From positions 6,368,001 through 6,432,000 of the forward strand of contig OZ242214.1 of assembly GCA_965206595.1 (NCBI GenBank): a DNA stretch of 64,000 nucleotides. Direction: 5' to 3'. Below, in pieces: positions 20,374 to 29,865 of this stretch. Made by a program: the position numbers and the translations under genes. The stretch is from Candidatus Latescibacterota bacterium. Lineage in GTDB: Bacteria; Latescibacterota; UBA2968; UBA8231. Each line of letters begins with the position of its first letter. Position 1 is the stretch's first letter. Under the pieces are notes generated by a model. The model searched no databases. It saw only the letters and a list, made by a program, of their open reading frames with translations, and was not told the origin of the DNA.

Positions 20374-21150
20374 ATGGGAAAGGTCATCGCAATCGCCAAT
20401 CAGAAGGGCGGGGTGGGAAAGACGACGACGGCGGTAAACCTTTCGGCCTGCCTCGCCGCCAACGGACGCAGTACCCTCCTCGTCGATCTCGATCCCCAGG
20501 CAAACGCAACCAGCGGCTGCGAAGCGGGCCTCGAGCAATACGACGGCTCCGTGTACGAAGTTCTGGTCGGACAGGCCCCGCTCGAGGGCGTAATATGCTC
20601 GAGTGATATTCCCGATCTCGAGCTGGTACCCTCGAACATCAGCCTGGCGGGCGCCGAAGTCGAGATGGCCTCCGTTTTCGGACGCGAAAAGAAGCTCGCC
20701 GAGGCCTTGAAGGAAGTTAAGGAGAACTACGATTTCGTAATCCTCGACTGCCCACCTTCCCTCGGGCTGCTCACGGTCAACGCCCTGTCCGCGGCCGACT
20801 CGGTGTTGATCCCGGTGCAGTGCGAGTACTACGCTCTCGAGGGCCTGAGCAAGCTGCTAAACTCGGTGCAGCTCGTACAGCGCTACCTCAACCCCGACCT
20901 CGAAGTGGAGGGGGTCCTGCTGACGATGTACGACGAGCGCCTGCAGCTGTCCAAGCGGGTGGCGGCCGAAGTCAGATCCTACTTCGAGGACAAGGTTTTC
21001 GATACCCTTATCAAGCGCAACGTCAGTCTCGCCTCGGCTCCCAGCTTCGGCATGCCCGTCATTCTGCACGAGCCGCGTTCGACCGGAGCCCGGAACTACC
21101 GCCAGCTCGCCGAAGAACTCACTACCGCGGCCGGCCCGGACTTCAACTGA
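20374..21150 (+). CDS. parA: ParA/Soj family ATPase
   Basis: IANQKGGVGKTTT, DLDPQANAT, DCPPSLGLLT, PVQCEYYALEG. Confidence 0.93.
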   Translation: MGKVIAIANQKGGVGKTTTAVNLSACLAANGRSTLLVDLDPQANATSGCEAGLEQYDGSVYEVLVGQAPLEGVICSSDIPDLELVPSNISLAGAEVEMASVFGREKKLAEALKEVKENYDFVILDCPPSLGLLTVNALSAADSVLIPVQCEYYALEGLSKLLNSVQLVQRYLNPDLEVEGVLLTMYDERLQLSKRVAAEVRSYFEDKVFDTLIKRNVSLASAPSFGMPVILHEPRSTGARNYRQLAEELTTAAGPDFN

Positions 21151-21218
21151 TCCCCCGGAGACCGGCCGCGGGCTCCATCATCGCATCTCGCAGCGGGCAA
21201 CGCACGACGAGGTCGACC

Positions 21219-21977
21219 ATGCATATCGTCGACAGCCACTGTCACACCGGTCTTCACAAGTACGAGCCGATCGACCACCTGCTGTTCCATATGGACCGCT
21301 CGGGGGTCGACAAGGCGGTGCTTATCCAGTACAACGGCAACAGCGACAACAGCTATCTCGTCGACTGCCTGCGCACCCACGGGGATCGCCTTCAGGGGGC
21401 CATGATCGTGCCTGCGGACGATGACGGCGGCGCCATCCGCAGGTGGGCGGACCAGGGTGTCGGCGGCATCCGCCTGCTCGCCGGCTCGCGGGCTTCGTGC
21501 GCCGAGCCGATGGCTCACTGGCGCACCGCGGCCGAGGTCGACCTCGTGGTCAGCGCCTTCTGCTCCCCCGCCAGCCTGCTGTCCCCGCGCTTCCGGGAGG
21601 TCGTCGAGACCTTCCCGGAACTGCGCATCGTCATCGAGCACCTCGGCGGCGTCGGCCAGGACGAAAAACCCCCGTACAGCGAGTTCGCCGAGGTCCTGAA
21701 GCTGGCCTCCTACCCAAACCTGACGATGAAAGTTCCCGGGTTCGGGGAATTCTGCCGGCTCCCGCATCCCTTCCAGGAGGTGCCGCCCCTGGCGCGCATG
21801 GCCCTGGAAGCTTTCGGCCCCAGCCGCCTGATGTGGGGCAGCGACTATCCCCCGGTCAGCTCCCGCGAGGGGTACGACAATTCGCTGACCTTCCCGCGGG
21901 AGTATTTCTCCGACCTCGACGCAGGCGACCGCGACTGGATCTTCGGGGGCACCGCCATCGGGGTCTGGGGACTGTAG
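21219..21977 (+). CDS. Amidohydrolase_2 family protein
   Basis: IVDSHCH, IVIEHLG, FGPSRLMWGSDYP. Confidence 0.92.
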   Translation: MHIVDSHCHTGLHKYEPIDHLLFHMDRSGVDKAVLIQYNGNSDNSYLVDCLRTHGDRLQGAMIVPADDDGGAIRRWADQGVGGIRLLAGSRASCAEPMAHWRTAAEVDLVVSAFCSPASLLSPRFREVVETFPELRIVIEHLGGVGQDEKPPYSEFAEVLKLASYPNLTMKVPGFGEFCRLPHPFQEVPPLARMALEAFGPSRLMWGSDYPPVSSREGYDNSLTFPREYFSDLDAGDRDWIFGGTAIGVWGL

Positions 21978-21986
21978 GGCGGGACC

Positions 21987-22928
21987 TCACCCGTCCGGAG
22001 CGACCAACACCGACTTGAGGATGCGCTCGGCTCCCGGTGCCTCGAAATCCGCGTCCGCTTCGGGAGCCGGCCCCGGAACTGCATCCCTTCCCCTCAAGGC
22101 CTCCGCAACTACCTGCTCGAACCGAGGGGCCGTCCACTTCTCGTAGTTGCTGCTGACCAGCATCTTCCCGCCAGGCCGCAGCAGGGCGGCGGCGGCGGCG
22201 AGCAGGGCCGGCAGATCGCGTTCGATGCGGAAGACACCTTCGGCGCCGCGCGAGAAAGAGGGCGGGTCGCAGACGATCAGGTCGAACCGCCGGCCCCGGC
22301 GCCTGCAGCCGCGCATGAACTGGCGCGCGTCGACCCCGGCGAACTCGATCAGGAGTTCGTCGAGATCGTTGAGGCGGACGTTCTCTCGGGCCCATTCGAG
22401 ATTTGCCCGGCTGCTGTCGACGTTGACGACCTCCTCGGCGCCGCCGCGGGCCGCGCACAGCCCGAAGCCTCCCGTGTAGGCGAACAGGTTCAACACTTTC
22501 CTGCCCTGCGCTTCCCCCAGAATCCATTCGCGATTGCGCCGCTGGTCGAGAAACAGCCCGGGCGCCTGCCCTCGGTCGGAGCGCAGCATGTAGGCCAACC
22601 CGTGCTCCTCCACCCTCCAGACCGCAGGCGCCTCCGCCGAGCTCCAGGTCCGGCTCCGGTTGGGGGCGAAACCCCGGTCCGGCATCTCCCGCGCAATCCA
22701 GTGCTCGCAGCCGGCGAGGCGGCAGACTAGCTCGAAGTACTGCATCTGGAGGACCGTCGGGGCCGCTTGGCGGTACCAGTAGAACCAGCAGACAGGCCCC
22801 AGCCGGTCGCAGCGCACGCCGTTTCCGTCGGTATGGATCAGCCGCACCGCCGGCAACCGGCGCAGCGACGGGTCGGCGAGCCGCAGCTCGACCGCCCCCA
22901 GCCAGACCCTGCGGTCCTCCGGATTCAC
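21987..22928 (-). CDS. Class I SAM-dependent methyltransferase (RlmI/RlmK-like, no PUA domain)
   Basis: GLFLDQRRNR, VLNLFAYTGGF, FDLIVCDPPSF; GTG start overlaps upstream TGA. Confidence 0.88.
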   Translation of the reverse strand: MNPEDRRVWLGAVELRLADPSLRRLPAVRLIHTDGNGVRCDRLGPVCWFYWYRQAAPTVLQMQYFELVCRLAGCEHWIAREMPDRGFAPNRSRTWSSAEAPAVWRVEEHGLAYMLRSDRGQAPGLFLDQRRNREWILGEAQGRKVLNLFAYTGGFGLCAARGGAEEVVNVDSSRANLEWARENVRLNDLDELLIEFAGVDARQFMRGCRRRGRRFDLIVCDPPSFSRGAEGVFRIERDLPALLAAAAALLRPGGKMLVSSNYEKWTAPRFEQVVAEALRGRDAVPGPAPEADADFEAPGAERILKSVLVAPDG

Positions 22929-23875
22929 GGTTTCTCGATTCCCAGCTTGCGCAGGCGGTCGAACAGGGTCGAACGCTTCATCCCCAGCATGCGGGCGGCC
23001 GCGGAGATATTTCCCGCGCTTTTGCGCAGGGCCGCCTCGAGGTGGTGGCGCTCCAGTATCTGCAGCTGGGACCCCAAGGGGAGGACCGGAACCGGGGGTT
23101 CGTCGGCGAGCAGATGCCCGAGCTGCAGCACCGTGCCGTCGCAGCGCAGGACGGCGCGTTTCAAGGCCACCGAGAGCTCGCGCACGTTGTTCTCCGCCCA
23201 ATCCCGGTTCTGCAGCCAGGCCGCGGCTTCCCCCGACAGCGAGCGCAGACCGCTCTTGCCGAACTGGTGGGAGAATTGGGCGAGGAAATGGTGCGCCAGC
23301 GGCAGGATGTCGCCGCGCCGCTCGCGCAGGGGCGGCATGCAAAGCTCGAATTCGGCGAGCCGGTAGAAGAGGTCGGCGCGAAACTGCCCGGCCCCCATGC
23401 AGGTCCGCAGGGGGCGGTTGGTGGCGCAGATTACGCGTAGGTCGACCGGCACCTCGGCGCTGTGGCCTAGGGGCCGTACCGCCCGTTCCTGTAGAACGCG
23501 CAGCAGTTTGGGCTGCAGGGGAAGCGACAGCTCGGAAACCTCGTCGAGGAACAGCGTGCCGCGGTCGGCGCGCCGGATGAGGCCGTCGCGGTCGCGGTCG
23601 GCCCCGGTGAACAGCCCCTTGCGATGGCCGAACAGTTCCGCTTCCAGCAGCTGCTCCGGCAGGGCAGCACAGTTGACCGCAACGAACCGCCCCCGCTTGC
23701 GTGCCGGGTCGTCGAAGTGGAGCGAGCGCGCCAGCAGTTCCTTCCCGGTTCCGCTCTCCCCTTCTATCAGCACATTGATCGGCAGGCCGAGAAGGCGCCG
23801 GACGTCGGCCAGAACCTCGGCGAGGCCGTTGGAATTGCCGATGAGCTCACCGGTCCCGGCATGTCTTTCAGTCAT
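22925..23875 (-). CDS. Sigma54-dependent activator (AAA+ and Fis HTH), no N-terminal sensor, GLFTGA variant
   Basis: [42 protein letters not shown]-terminal HTH. Confidence 0.92.
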   Translation of the reverse strand: MTERHAGTGELIGNSNGLAEVLADVRRLLGLPINVLIEGESGTGKELLARSLHFDDPARKRGRFVAVNCAALPEQLLEAELFGHRKGLFTGADRDRDGLIRRADRGTLFLDEVSELSLPLQPKLLRVLQERAVRPLGHSAEVPVDLRVICATNRPLRTCMGAGQFRADLFYRLAEFELCMPPLRERRGDILPLAHHFLAQFSHQFGKSGLRSLSGEAAAWLQNRDWAENNVRELSVALKRAVLRCDGTVLQLGHLLADEPPVPVLPLGSQLQILERHHLEAALRKSAGNISAAARMLGMKRSTLFDRLRKLGIEKP

Positions 23876-24090
23876 CTTTTCTATCACTGCAATCACCCTG
23901 TGTCGTCGAGTTCCCGTTGCCGTGCACAGCCTCACGCTGCCCGTGCGAGGGGTCGAGGCCATGCCCCCCGGTACCGGATTTCCGGCAGGCGGCAGCGCCT
24001 CCACGGACGGCCGCTCACAGTCTGACGGATGAACCCGCAGGAGTACTCGCGAAAAGGGGGAAAGTGCCGGACCGGGGAGGCAACGGGGGC

Positions 24091-24106
24091 CGGCACGCAT
24101 CTTGCA
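24091..24106 (+). promoter_or_regulatory. Sigma54 (-24/-12) promoter
   Basis: CGGCAC-GCATC-TTGCA matches TGGCAC-N5-TTGCW with exact GG-to-GC spacing. Confidence 0.7.
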
Positions 24107-24231
24107 GCGAGCGCGGAGCATTCCGGGGCGAGGGGCGTCTAGCCTCCGCGAGGGGCGTCTACCCTCCGCCAGCGGCCGGCTACCGCAGCAGGCCGGGTAT
24201 CAAGGTCACTTTCGACGAGGAAAGACACGAC

Positions 24232-25269
24232 ATGTCGCATACCGAGATCCAAACCGGCCAGGCGGTAACGGTTCGCAATCCACCCTTCTCCCCTCCGCAG
24301 ACCGCCAAGGGGGAACCGGACTTGATGGTGACGGGAAACAGCCGAATGAAGCGGGTCCTCGACGAGCTCGAGCGCATGGCCCGGACGGGGGCGACGGTCC
24401 TGATCCAGGGTGAATCCGGAACCGGTAAGGAGGTGCTGGCGCGGGCGATTCACCGTCAAAGCCCGCGCTCCGAGGGGCCCTTCGTGCGGGTGAACTGCGC
24501 ATCCCTGCCGGAGGGGATCCTGGAAAGCGAGCTCTTCGGCCACGAAAAGGGGGCCTTCACCGGGGCCGTGCGGCAGCGGCCAGGGCGCTTCGAGCTCGCC
24601 CACCAGGGGACCATCCTGCTCGACGAGATCGGGACCGCCGACGGCAAGGTGCAACAGCGCCTGCTGCGCGTTATCCAGGAACGGGAGTTCGAACGCATCG
24701 GCGGCACCCGCACCCTGCGCACCGATGTCCGCGTCGTCGCCGCGACCAACGTCGACTTGGCCGCGGCGGTGAAGCGCGGGGAATTCCGGGAGGATCTCTA
24801 CTACCGCCTCAACGTCCTGCCGATAGAGCTTCCGCCGCTCCGGGACCGCGGCGAGGACATCCCCCTGCTGATCGAGCATTTCCTGGCCCGGTCCGGCCGC
24901 CGGAAGGGGCACACCCTGCGCATCCGGTCCGATGCCGTCGAGTGCCTGCAGCAGTACCCCTGGCCGGGAAACATCCGGCAGCTCGAAAACATCTTGGAGC
25001 GCATGGTGATCCTCGCGCGCGGGGAGGAGCTGACCTGCGCCGACATTCCCGCGGAGGTCGCCACTTGGCAGGAGCAGGAGGAGTTGGCGGAAATGGGCGC
25101 CACCACCTACTGGGAGGCGCGCAAGCAGTTCGAGCGCCGGTTCCTGTGCGGTGCCCTGCGGCGTCACAACGGGGTAATCACCCACGTGGCCGAGGCGATC
25201 GGAATCTCGCGCAAGCACCTGTACATGCGTCTCGACCAGTTGCGCATCGACTACAGGCGGTATCGATAA
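24232..25269 (+). CDS. Sigma54-dependent activator (AAA+ and Fis HTH), no N-terminal sensor
   Basis: [48 protein letters not shown]. Confidence 0.94.
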   Translation: MSHTEIQTGQAVTVRNPPFSPPQTAKGEPDLMVTGNSRMKRVLDELERMARTGATVLIQGESGTGKEVLARAIHRQSPRSEGPFVRVNCASLPEGILESELFGHEKGAFTGAVRQRPGRFELAHQGTILLDEIGTADGKVQQRLLRVIQEREFERIGGTRTLRTDVRVVAATNVDLAAAVKRGEFREDLYYRLNVLPIELPPLRDRGEDIPLLIEHFLARSGRRKGHTLRIRSDAVECLQQYPWPGNIRQLENILERMVILARGEELTCADIPAEVATWQEQEELAEMGATTYWEARKQFERRFLCGALRRHNGVITHVAEAIGISRKHLYMRLDQLRIDYRRYR

Positions 25270-25274
25270 CCGAG

Positions 25275-26363
25275 CTACGGGGTTTCGGGCAACACCGGCA
25301 TCGCCGCACCGCCGCGGAACTTCTCCAGCTGGGCCAGCAGGTAGTCGTACTGCTCGCCGCCCGGGAGCTCCATCACCAGTGCCAGCTCCATCAGGGCGAT
25401 GGCACGCTGGCGCTGACCGAGCAGGAAAAGCAGCTCGGCGTAGGTGTCGAGAAAGACGACGTTGTCCGGGGCGCTCTTGACTGCGCGTAGCGACAAGTCG
25501 AGAGCTCGCTCCAGCTGCACCCCTTCCTCGGCGTAGAGCCAGGCGAGGTTGTTGAGAGTCAGCGGCGTCTCCTCCTTTCGAAGGGAGCGCTCGTAGTACT
25601 CGATGGCCCGTTGCCGCGCCCCGATGCCGTAGTAGACCATGGCGATGTGGGAGGCGGTCGCCGCCGGTGCATGCGAAGCGGCCATGGCCTCCTCGAACCG
25701 GAGTCCGGCCTTCTCTTCCAGGCCCTGCCTGAGACGGCATTCCCCGAGCAGCAGCAGGGTGTACTCCTCGCCCGCGCGCGACAGCGCCTTCTGCAGCACC
25801 ACGGCGCAGTCCTCGAAGCGCTCCTGCCGCAGGTAGATCCTGCCGAGCTGGACGAGGGCGAAGTCGCGGGCGCCGCTGTCTATGCTGTCAGCCGGAGCGA
25901 TCGCCTCCTCGAGCAACTCCAGGGCCGTCCCCGCTTCATCCAACCCGCGATAGGCCCAGCCCAGTCCCGCACGGACGTGCCAGTTTTCGGGGAACTCCGC
26001 GCGCAGCTCCCCAAGGGCGTCCCGCGCCAGATCGAGGCGATTCTCCTGAAGGCAGATCTCCCGCAGTGTCGCGAACAGGCGGGGGTCGTCCGGCTCGATA
26101 CGAATCGCCCCTTGCATTTGCTCTACTGCGCTTTCGACATCCTCGAGGCCGAGATGGGCGAGAGCGGCCAGCAGCCGCGGTCTCGTCGCCACGCTCTCCT
26201 CGCGCCGCGCTCTCTCCGCCTCCTGCAAGGCGCGCTCGTAGTACCCCTGCTCTAGAAAGTGACGGGCGAGATGCCCGTGATCGACGGGGGAGCCGCCGCA
26301 GTGGTTCTCGATGACGAAAACGCCGGTCAGAGAAAACACCAGCGGCGCGGCGCGCAGCACCAT
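25275..26363 (-). CDS. Tetratricopeptide repeat protein
   Basis: Repeated helical TPR patterns; LNNLAWLYAE..FLDTYA. Confidence 0.85.
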   Translation of the reverse strand: MVLRAAPLVFSLTGVFVIENHCGGSPVDHGHLARHFLEQGYYERALQEAERARREESVATRPRLLAALAHLGLEDVESAVEQMQGAIRIEPDDPRLFATLREICLQENRLDLARDALGELRAEFPENWHVRAGLGWAYRGLDEAGTALELLEEAIAPADSIDSGARDFALVQLGRIYLRQERFEDCAVVLQKALSRAGEEYTLLLLGECRLRQGLEEKAGLRFEEAMAASHAPAATASHIAMVYYGIGARQRAIEYYERSLRKEETPLTLNNLAWLYAEEGVQLERALDLSLRAVKSAPDNVVFLDTYAELLFLLGQRQRAIALMELALVMELPGGEQYDYLLAQLEKFRGGAAMPVLPETP

Positions 26364-27577
26364 CAGTACTCGTTCCGGTAGTTGTAGACGTGGAGCAGCA
26401 GGCCGATGGCAATCCAGTTGGCCAACAGGGAAGAGCCCCCGTAGCTCAGGAAAGGAAGGGGCAATCCGGTCACCGGCATCACGCCGATGGTCATGCCGAC
26501 GTTGACGAACACGTGGAAAGTGAACATCGACGCTAGGCCGATCGCCGTCAGGCTGAAAAACCGGTTGCTCGCCATCGTGCCGATGTAGAGCGAGCGGCAG
26601 ATGACCGCCAGAAATAACGCCAGGACCAGGAGAACCCCGCCGAAGCCGAGCTCCTCTCCAATGACGGAGAAGATGAAGTCGGTGTGGGCGGCAGGCAGGA
26701 ATTCGTACTTGGCCTGCGTCCCCTCAAGGAATCCCTTCCCGGTCAACCCCCCCGATCCGATGGCGATTTTCGACTGGATGATGTTCCAGCCGGCACCAAG
26801 CGGATCGCTTTCGGGATCGAGCATGGTCAGGATGCGGGTTTTCTGGTAGTCGCGAACTATTTCCGACCACAGGTACAGCCCCGCAGTCAGGTTGACGGCC
26901 AGCAGTGCCAGGGTCGCCCACAGCCGCGCCACCACGAGGTGGATGCCGACCGAGCTGGCGATGATGAAGAAGGCGTACAGAATGGCGGCGTTGTCCGGCC
27001 CCCACAGCGGCTCGAAGGAAAAGAGGACGCTGAGCACGGGAGCGACGATGATAAGCAGGTGTGAGGGCCTCATCCCCGCCCAGTAGATCATCGAAAACAA
27101 CGACCCGCCCATGGCGACCGCGGTACCCAGGTCTGGTTGCTTGGCGACCAGGACCATCGGCGCGAGGGTCAGGGCCATGACCATAACGAACGGCTTTACG
27201 CTGTTCATCTGCTCGGCGTTGGTGTCTCCGAGGCAGCGAGCAAGGGCGAGCACGGTGGTCACCTTCACCAACTCGCTCGGCTGCAGGCGCAACGGACCGA
27301 TGGCGAGCCAGCGCGCCGGTTCACCGGACCCCCAGACCAGCACGGCAGCCAGCAGGAGCAGGGAAAAACCGTACGCCGGGTACGCCAGTCCGAAGAGGAG
27401 GCGCTCCGGCACGTAGACGATGGCGGCGGCAGAAAAAACCGAGCACAGGGCGAAAAAGGCCTGGTTCTTCCAGATATCGGACTCGTTGGCGGCGCTGTGG
27501 ATCATGAAGACCCCCACCACCACCATCGCCGCGGCCGGCGCCAGCAACAGCAAGTCGAAGTCGCGAGCCGCTCTCAC
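26363..27577 (-). CDS. rodA: Rod shape-determining protein RodA
   Basis: LQPSELVK, KQPDLGT, IQSKIAIGSGG, HTDFIFSVIGEELG, PVTGLPLPFLSYGGSS. Confidence 0.96.
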   Translation of the reverse strand: MRAARDFDLLLLAPAAAMVVVGVFMIHSAANESDIWKNQAFFALCSVFSAAAIVYVPERLLFGLAYPAYGFSLLLLAAVLVWGSGEPARWLAIGPLRLQPSELVKVTTVLALARCLGDTNAEQMNSVKPFVMVMALTLAPMVLVAKQPDLGTAVAMGGSLFSMIYWAGMRPSHLLIIVAPVLSVLFSFEPLWGPDNAAILYAFFIIASSVGIHLVVARLWATLALLAVNLTAGLYLWSEIVRDYQKTRILTMLDPESDPLGAGWNIIQSKIAIGSGGLTGKGFLEGTQAKYEFLPAAHTDFIFSVIGEELGFGGVLLVLALFLAVICRSLYIGTMASNRFFSLTAIGLASMFTFHVFVNVGMTIGVMPVTGLPLPFLSYGGSSLLANWIAIGLLLHVYNYRNEY

Positions 27578-29352
27578 GTCCCCGGGCGCCTTCGGTTCCC
27601 ACCTGCCTCCGGGACCGGCCGCGGACCTGCCCCGGCGAGCCTGTCCTCGAAACAGGCCTCGAAGACCGCGCGCGCCACCGGAGCCGCCACCGCTCCTCCC
27701 CCCCCTCCCCCTTCAACGATCACGGCGACGGCTATCTCCGGCTTCTCGAAGGGAGCGAAGGCGATGAACCATGCGTCGTCCCCCCTGCCCGGAGCCTGCG
27801 CGGTCCCACTCTTGCCGGCGACCTCTAGGCCGTCGAGACGCAGGCGCTTCCCGGTTCCGTTGGAGCTGTAGACGACGCGGCGCATCGACTCCTTGACGAT
27901 GTTCAGGGTGCTCCTGGAAATCCCCTCGATTCTCTCTGGCCGCGGGGCCGAACCATGAACGTGGGGGGTGACGAGGTTACCGCCGTTGGCCAGGGCGGCT
28001 ACGTATCGGGCCATCTGCAGCGGCGTCGCCAGAAAAGCTCCCTGTCCGATAACGAGGTTCAGCAGGTGCCCGGCCGCCCACCACCCCTCGTTTTCGACAT
28101 AGTACTGTCGCGAGGGCAGCAGGCCGGTTCTCTCCATGAACTCCTCGTGAAAGCCGGTCGCGGCCCCGAACCCGAGCTTGGAGGCCGTGGCGTACCACGC
28201 CTTCATGCCGAGATGCTGGGCGAGGTGATAGAAATAGATGTTGCACGAGGTGGCAGTCGCTTCCAGCAGGTTCAGCGCCCCGTGCCCCTGGCGGTTGAAA
28301 CAGCGGAAGACGGTGTCTCCCACCCGCAGCGAGCCGGCGCAGGGTGGGAAGGTACTCATGGTGTCGGTTATTCCCGCTTCGAGGGCAGCTACGGAAGCGA
28401 CCAACTTCAGAGTCGAGCCGGGCGGGTACTGCCCCTGGAGCGAGCGATTCAACAGATCGTCGTCACTGGACATCAGGCGCAGCCGATCCTGCTGGGACTG
28501 GAACGACACGAAAACATTCGGATCGAAGGTCGGCCGGCTGGCCATCGCCAGCACCGCCCCGTCGCGGGGATCTAGGGCTACCACACTGCCCGCCCGGGTT
28601 TTCGGCAACGCGGCTTCGGCAGCCCGCTGAAGGTCGAGGTCCAGGGTGAGGAGGAGATCCCGTCCAGGCGTTGGGACCCGTTCTCTTTCGGGAAAGGGGA
28701 ATTCATCGATTATGCGGAGCTTGGCATCCATTTCCACGTAGCGGACACCGTCCCAGCCGCGCAGAGTGTCCTCGAAAACTCTCTCGACCCCGCTCCTGCC
28801 TACGTAGTCCCCCGAGACGTAGCGCCCCGACGACAACTTGTCGATATCGGTTGGCGGCAGTTGTCCCATGTACCCAAGCAGGTGGGAGGCCACCGGGCCA
28901 TGCGGGTACTGTCGCTGCGGCTCGATGGCGATCGCCAGGGGCCAGTCATCCATGAGGCGCTCCTCGACGATGCAGACGGTCTCGAAATCGACGTCCCGCT
29001 TCAGTCGCTTGAATCGCTCCCTGGAAGCAGAAAGGGGGATCACATCACCTAGCGCACTCTCAAGGGCGGCAATGGTTTCGGCGTTGCGCTGTGGCGTCGA
29101 CGAGATCAGCGAGACCGTGTAGGAGGCGCGGTTGCGGGAAAGGACGCGGCCATCGCGATCGAGGATACGCCCTCGCGGAGCGGTGACGCGCTTCTGGTGG
29201 ATGCGGTTGTCCTCCGACTCCTTGGCGTAGTCCGCAAAGGTCCTGACCTGCAGATGGAAGAGCCGGACCAGGAGCACGCTGAAAAGGATGGCTACCGCGA
29301 TGATCAGGACGCGGAACTTGCTCATCCACTGTTTGTGAGTCGCCGGATCCAT
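27574..29352 (-). CDS. mrdA: Penicillin-binding protein 2
   Basis: APRGRILDR, PPGSTLK (SxxK), SCN, GKSGTAQ; lies between mreD and rodA. Confidence 0.96.
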   Translation of the reverse strand: MDPATHKQWMSKFRVLIIAVAILFSVLLVRLFHLQVRTFADYAKESEDNRIHQKRVTAPRGRILDRDGRVLSRNRASYTVSLISSTPQRNAETIAALESALGDVIPLSASRERFKRLKRDVDFETVCIVEERLMDDWPLAIAIEPQRQYPHGPVASHLLGYMGQLPPTDIDKLSSGRYVSGDYVGRSGVERVFEDTLRGWDGVRYVEMDAKLRIIDEFPFPERERVPTPGRDLLLTLDLDLQRAAEAALPKTRAGSVVALDPRDGAVLAMASRPTFDPNVFVSFQSQQDRLRLMSSDDDLLNRSLQGQYPPGSTLKLVASVAALEAGITDTMSTFPPCAGSLRVGDTVFRCFNRQGHGALNLLEATATSCNIYFYHLAQHLGMKAWYATASKLGFGAATGFHEEFMERTGLLPSRQYYVENEGWWAAGHLLNLVIGQGAFLATPLQMARYVAALANGGNLVTPHVHGSAPRPERIEGISRSTLNIVKESMRRVVYSSNGTGKRLRLDGLEVAGKSGTAQAPGRGDDAWFIAFAPFEKPEIAVAVIVEGGGGGGAVAAPVARAVFEACFEDRLAGAGPRPVPEAGGNRRRPGT

Positions 29353-29375
29353 GGCGGAGCAGCTTCAGCGGGAGC

Positions 29376-29858
29376 CTACAGGTGAAGACGCCGGAGCACC
29401 CGCAGAGGAAACACAAAGAGGCCGGCGGCAAGGCCGGTGTAGAACGCCCGGCCCGGTGCGTAACGCAGCCAGAAATAGGGCTTCTCGAACACCGCGATCC
29501 CGCCGTGGGCGGCGTAGAAGATCAGGTCGTGCACCAGGACGGAGGCGCAGATGATCATCACCTGAACCCGCGGGGAATCCGCCAGAACGCGGCCCCGCAG
29601 GGAGGCGACGGCGAAGGCGGTGACGGACTTGGCCAAGGTGTTCAACCCCAGCTCCCCCGGAAGATAGGTATCCTGGACGAAGCCGGCGCAGAAGGCGAGA
29701 AGGGTCGACCGAACCGGTCCTGCCCTCAGGGCGATGAAGACGACCGTCAGGATGACGACGTCGGGAAAGACCTCGAAAATACCGAGGTGATATGCCCATG
29801 TCGTCTGGATAACGAAAGCCAGGCACAGGAACAGGATCTGCCGTACCAGGTCGAGCAC
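29376..29858 (-). CDS. mreD: Rod shape-determining protein MreD
   Basis: Hydrophobic 160 aa; PDVVIL, GFVQD, LGLNTLAK; position upstream of mrdA. Confidence 0.88.
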   Translation of the reverse strand: MLDLVRQILFLCLAFVIQTTWAYHLGIFEVFPDVVILTVVFIALRAGPVRSTLLAFCAGFVQDTYLPGELGLNTLAKSVTAFAVASLRGRVLADSPRVQVMIICASVLVHDLIFYAAHGGIAVFEKPYFWLRYAPGRAFYTGLAAGLFVFPLRVLRRLHL

Positions 29859-29865
29859 AGAGACG

